A DNA stretch of 64,000 nucleotides, from assembly GCA_950097015.1 (NCBI GenBank), contig CATNEN010000025.1:4216001-4280000 (forward strand), written 5' to 3'. The stretch's first letter is position 1. Each line of letters begins with the position of its first letter. Below are positions 62,613 through 64,000 of the stretch, piece by piece. The notes beneath the pieces were generated by a model. The model did no database searches. It saw only the letters and a program-made list of their open reading frames with translations, and was not told the DNA's origin. This DNA is from Macrostomum hystrix. Taxonomy: Eukaryota > Animalia > Platyhelminthes. A program made the position numbers and the translations under genes.

Positions 62613-63810
62613 CTAGCAAGATTTGCCCCCCTTCGGGGAGCAGAAATACTTTTAATTCGTCTAGTATAGACTTTTTAGAAGCTGAATTTACAGCTTTTTA
62701 AAGCTACTATGAACCCCCAGTTGACAATGATCCCCCAGTTGACAATGATCCCCCAGTTGACAATGATCCCCCAGTTGACAATGAACCCCCAGTTGACAAT
62801 GAACCCCCAGTTGACAATGATCCCCCAGTTGACAATGATCCCCCAGTTCACAATGATCCCCCAGTTGATGATGATCCCCCAGTTGATGATGATCCCCCAG
62901 TTGAGAATGATCCCCCAGTTGACAATGATCCCCCAGTTGAGAATGATCCCCCAGTTAACAATGATCCCCCAGTTAACAAAGATCCCCCAATTCACAATGA
63001 TCCCCCAGTTGATGAAGTCTCCCTATTGATGATGATCCCCAGTTAACAATGTTCCTCCAGTTGACAATGTTCCCCCAGTTATCAATGATCCCCCAGTTGA
63101 TGATGATCACCCAGTTGACAATGATCCCACAGTTGACAATGATCCCCCAGTTGACAATGATCCCCCAGTTGACAATGATCCCCCAGTTGATGATGATCCC
63201 CCAGTTGAAAATGATCCCCCAGTTGAAAATGATCCCCCAGTTGACAATGATCCCCCAGTTGAGAATGATCCCCCAGTTGACAATGATCCCCCAGTTAACA
63301 AAGATCCCCCAGTTCACAATGATCCCCCAGTTGATGAAGTCTCCCCATTGATGATGATCCCTAGTTAACAATGTTCCTCCAGTTGACAATGATCCCCCAG
63401 TTGACAATGATCCCCCAGTTGATGATGATCACCCAGTTGACAATGATACCCCAGTTGACAATGATCCCCCAGTTGACAATGATCCCACAGTTGACAATGA
63501 TCCCGCCGGTTGACAATGATACCACAGTTGACAATGAACCCCCAGTTGACAATGATCCCCTAGTTGATGATGATCCCCCAGTTGACAATGATCCCCCAGT
63601 TGACAATGATCCCCAGTTGACAATGAACCCCCAGTTGACAACGATCCCCCAGTTGACAATGATCTCCCAGTTGACAATGATCCCCCAGTTGACAATTATC
63701 CCACAGTTGACAATGATCCCCCAGTTGACAAAGATCCCCCTGTTCACAATGATCCCCCAGTTGACAAAGATCCCCCAGTTCACAATGATCCCCGAGTTGA
63801 CCATGATCCC
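62613..63810 (-). mobile_element. 3' end of a second, different Helitron-like element inserted into copy 2; probably includes the 18-bp array
   Basis: The minus strand reads GCTCCCCGAAGGGGGGC hairpin, AAATCTTG, CTAG, then T. The junction falls exactly at an A|T step of the copy-1 sequence (GAACA|TCTCTACTC). The element's 5' end is not identified. Confidence 0.7.
62710..63810. repeat. 18-bp minisatellite CAGTTGACAATGATCCCC
   Basis: Period 18; internal block duplication (~62900-63120 vs ~63240-63430). Confidence 0.92.
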
Positions 63811-64000
63811 CCTATAGGTAGGCGAATGACGTTTTTTTGGAAATCTGACGTCCTGGCTGCGTAACTTGACGTCATATTTCATAATTTTCGCAATAGCGTC
63901 AGATTTTGCATCAGAATTGCGTCAGATTTTGCGTGATGAAATCTGACGCGTCATGAAATTGAATAAAAAGTAAGTTAAAATGATTGTTTTGATATGCGCT

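Noticed and set aside
62675-63882. Repetitive ORFs (NWGIIV / MIPQLT / STGGSL)
   Set aside because: Translations of the 18-bp array.
1-64000. SL RNA, snRNA or rRNA genes
   Set aside because: I saw no sequence I could match to these; a covariance-model search (Infernal/Rfam) would be needed to exclude them.

Overview
Eukaryotic (metazoan) genomic DNA, not prokaryotic. GC-rich, low-complexity exons alternate with AT-rich introns, and most larger introns carry their own minisatellite. This architecture plus a universal-stress-protein gene suggests a free-living flatworm such as Macrostomum (inference only). By hand I could splice seven conserved genes: SSX2IP/ADIP (-, runs off the left edge), ARFGAP1 (-), PDCL3 (+), CSE1L/exportin-2 (+), an ACL4-like TPR protein (-), a USP-domain protein (+) and PTRH2 (-). 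There is also a 3-finger C2H2 gene (+) and an unrecognised two-TM ORF nested antisense in CSE1L intron 4. Mobile DNA comprises two inverted copies of a non-autonomous Helitron with a PIF1-type helicase fragment, the 3' end of a second Helitron nested in one copy, two hAT MITE families with intact 8-bp TSDs, a tRNA/CORE-type SINE and several foldback elements. About 20 distinct tandem arrays are present, the largest a ~7.9-kb 34-bp satellite. The most interesting lead is two long coding exons (C2H2 gene, ACL4) that open in phase 0 at a strong acceptor with no obvious in-frame genomic ATG. That is what would be expected if the AUG-terminated flatworm spliced leader supplies the start codon within operon-like clusters; competing cis-splicing models are stated.
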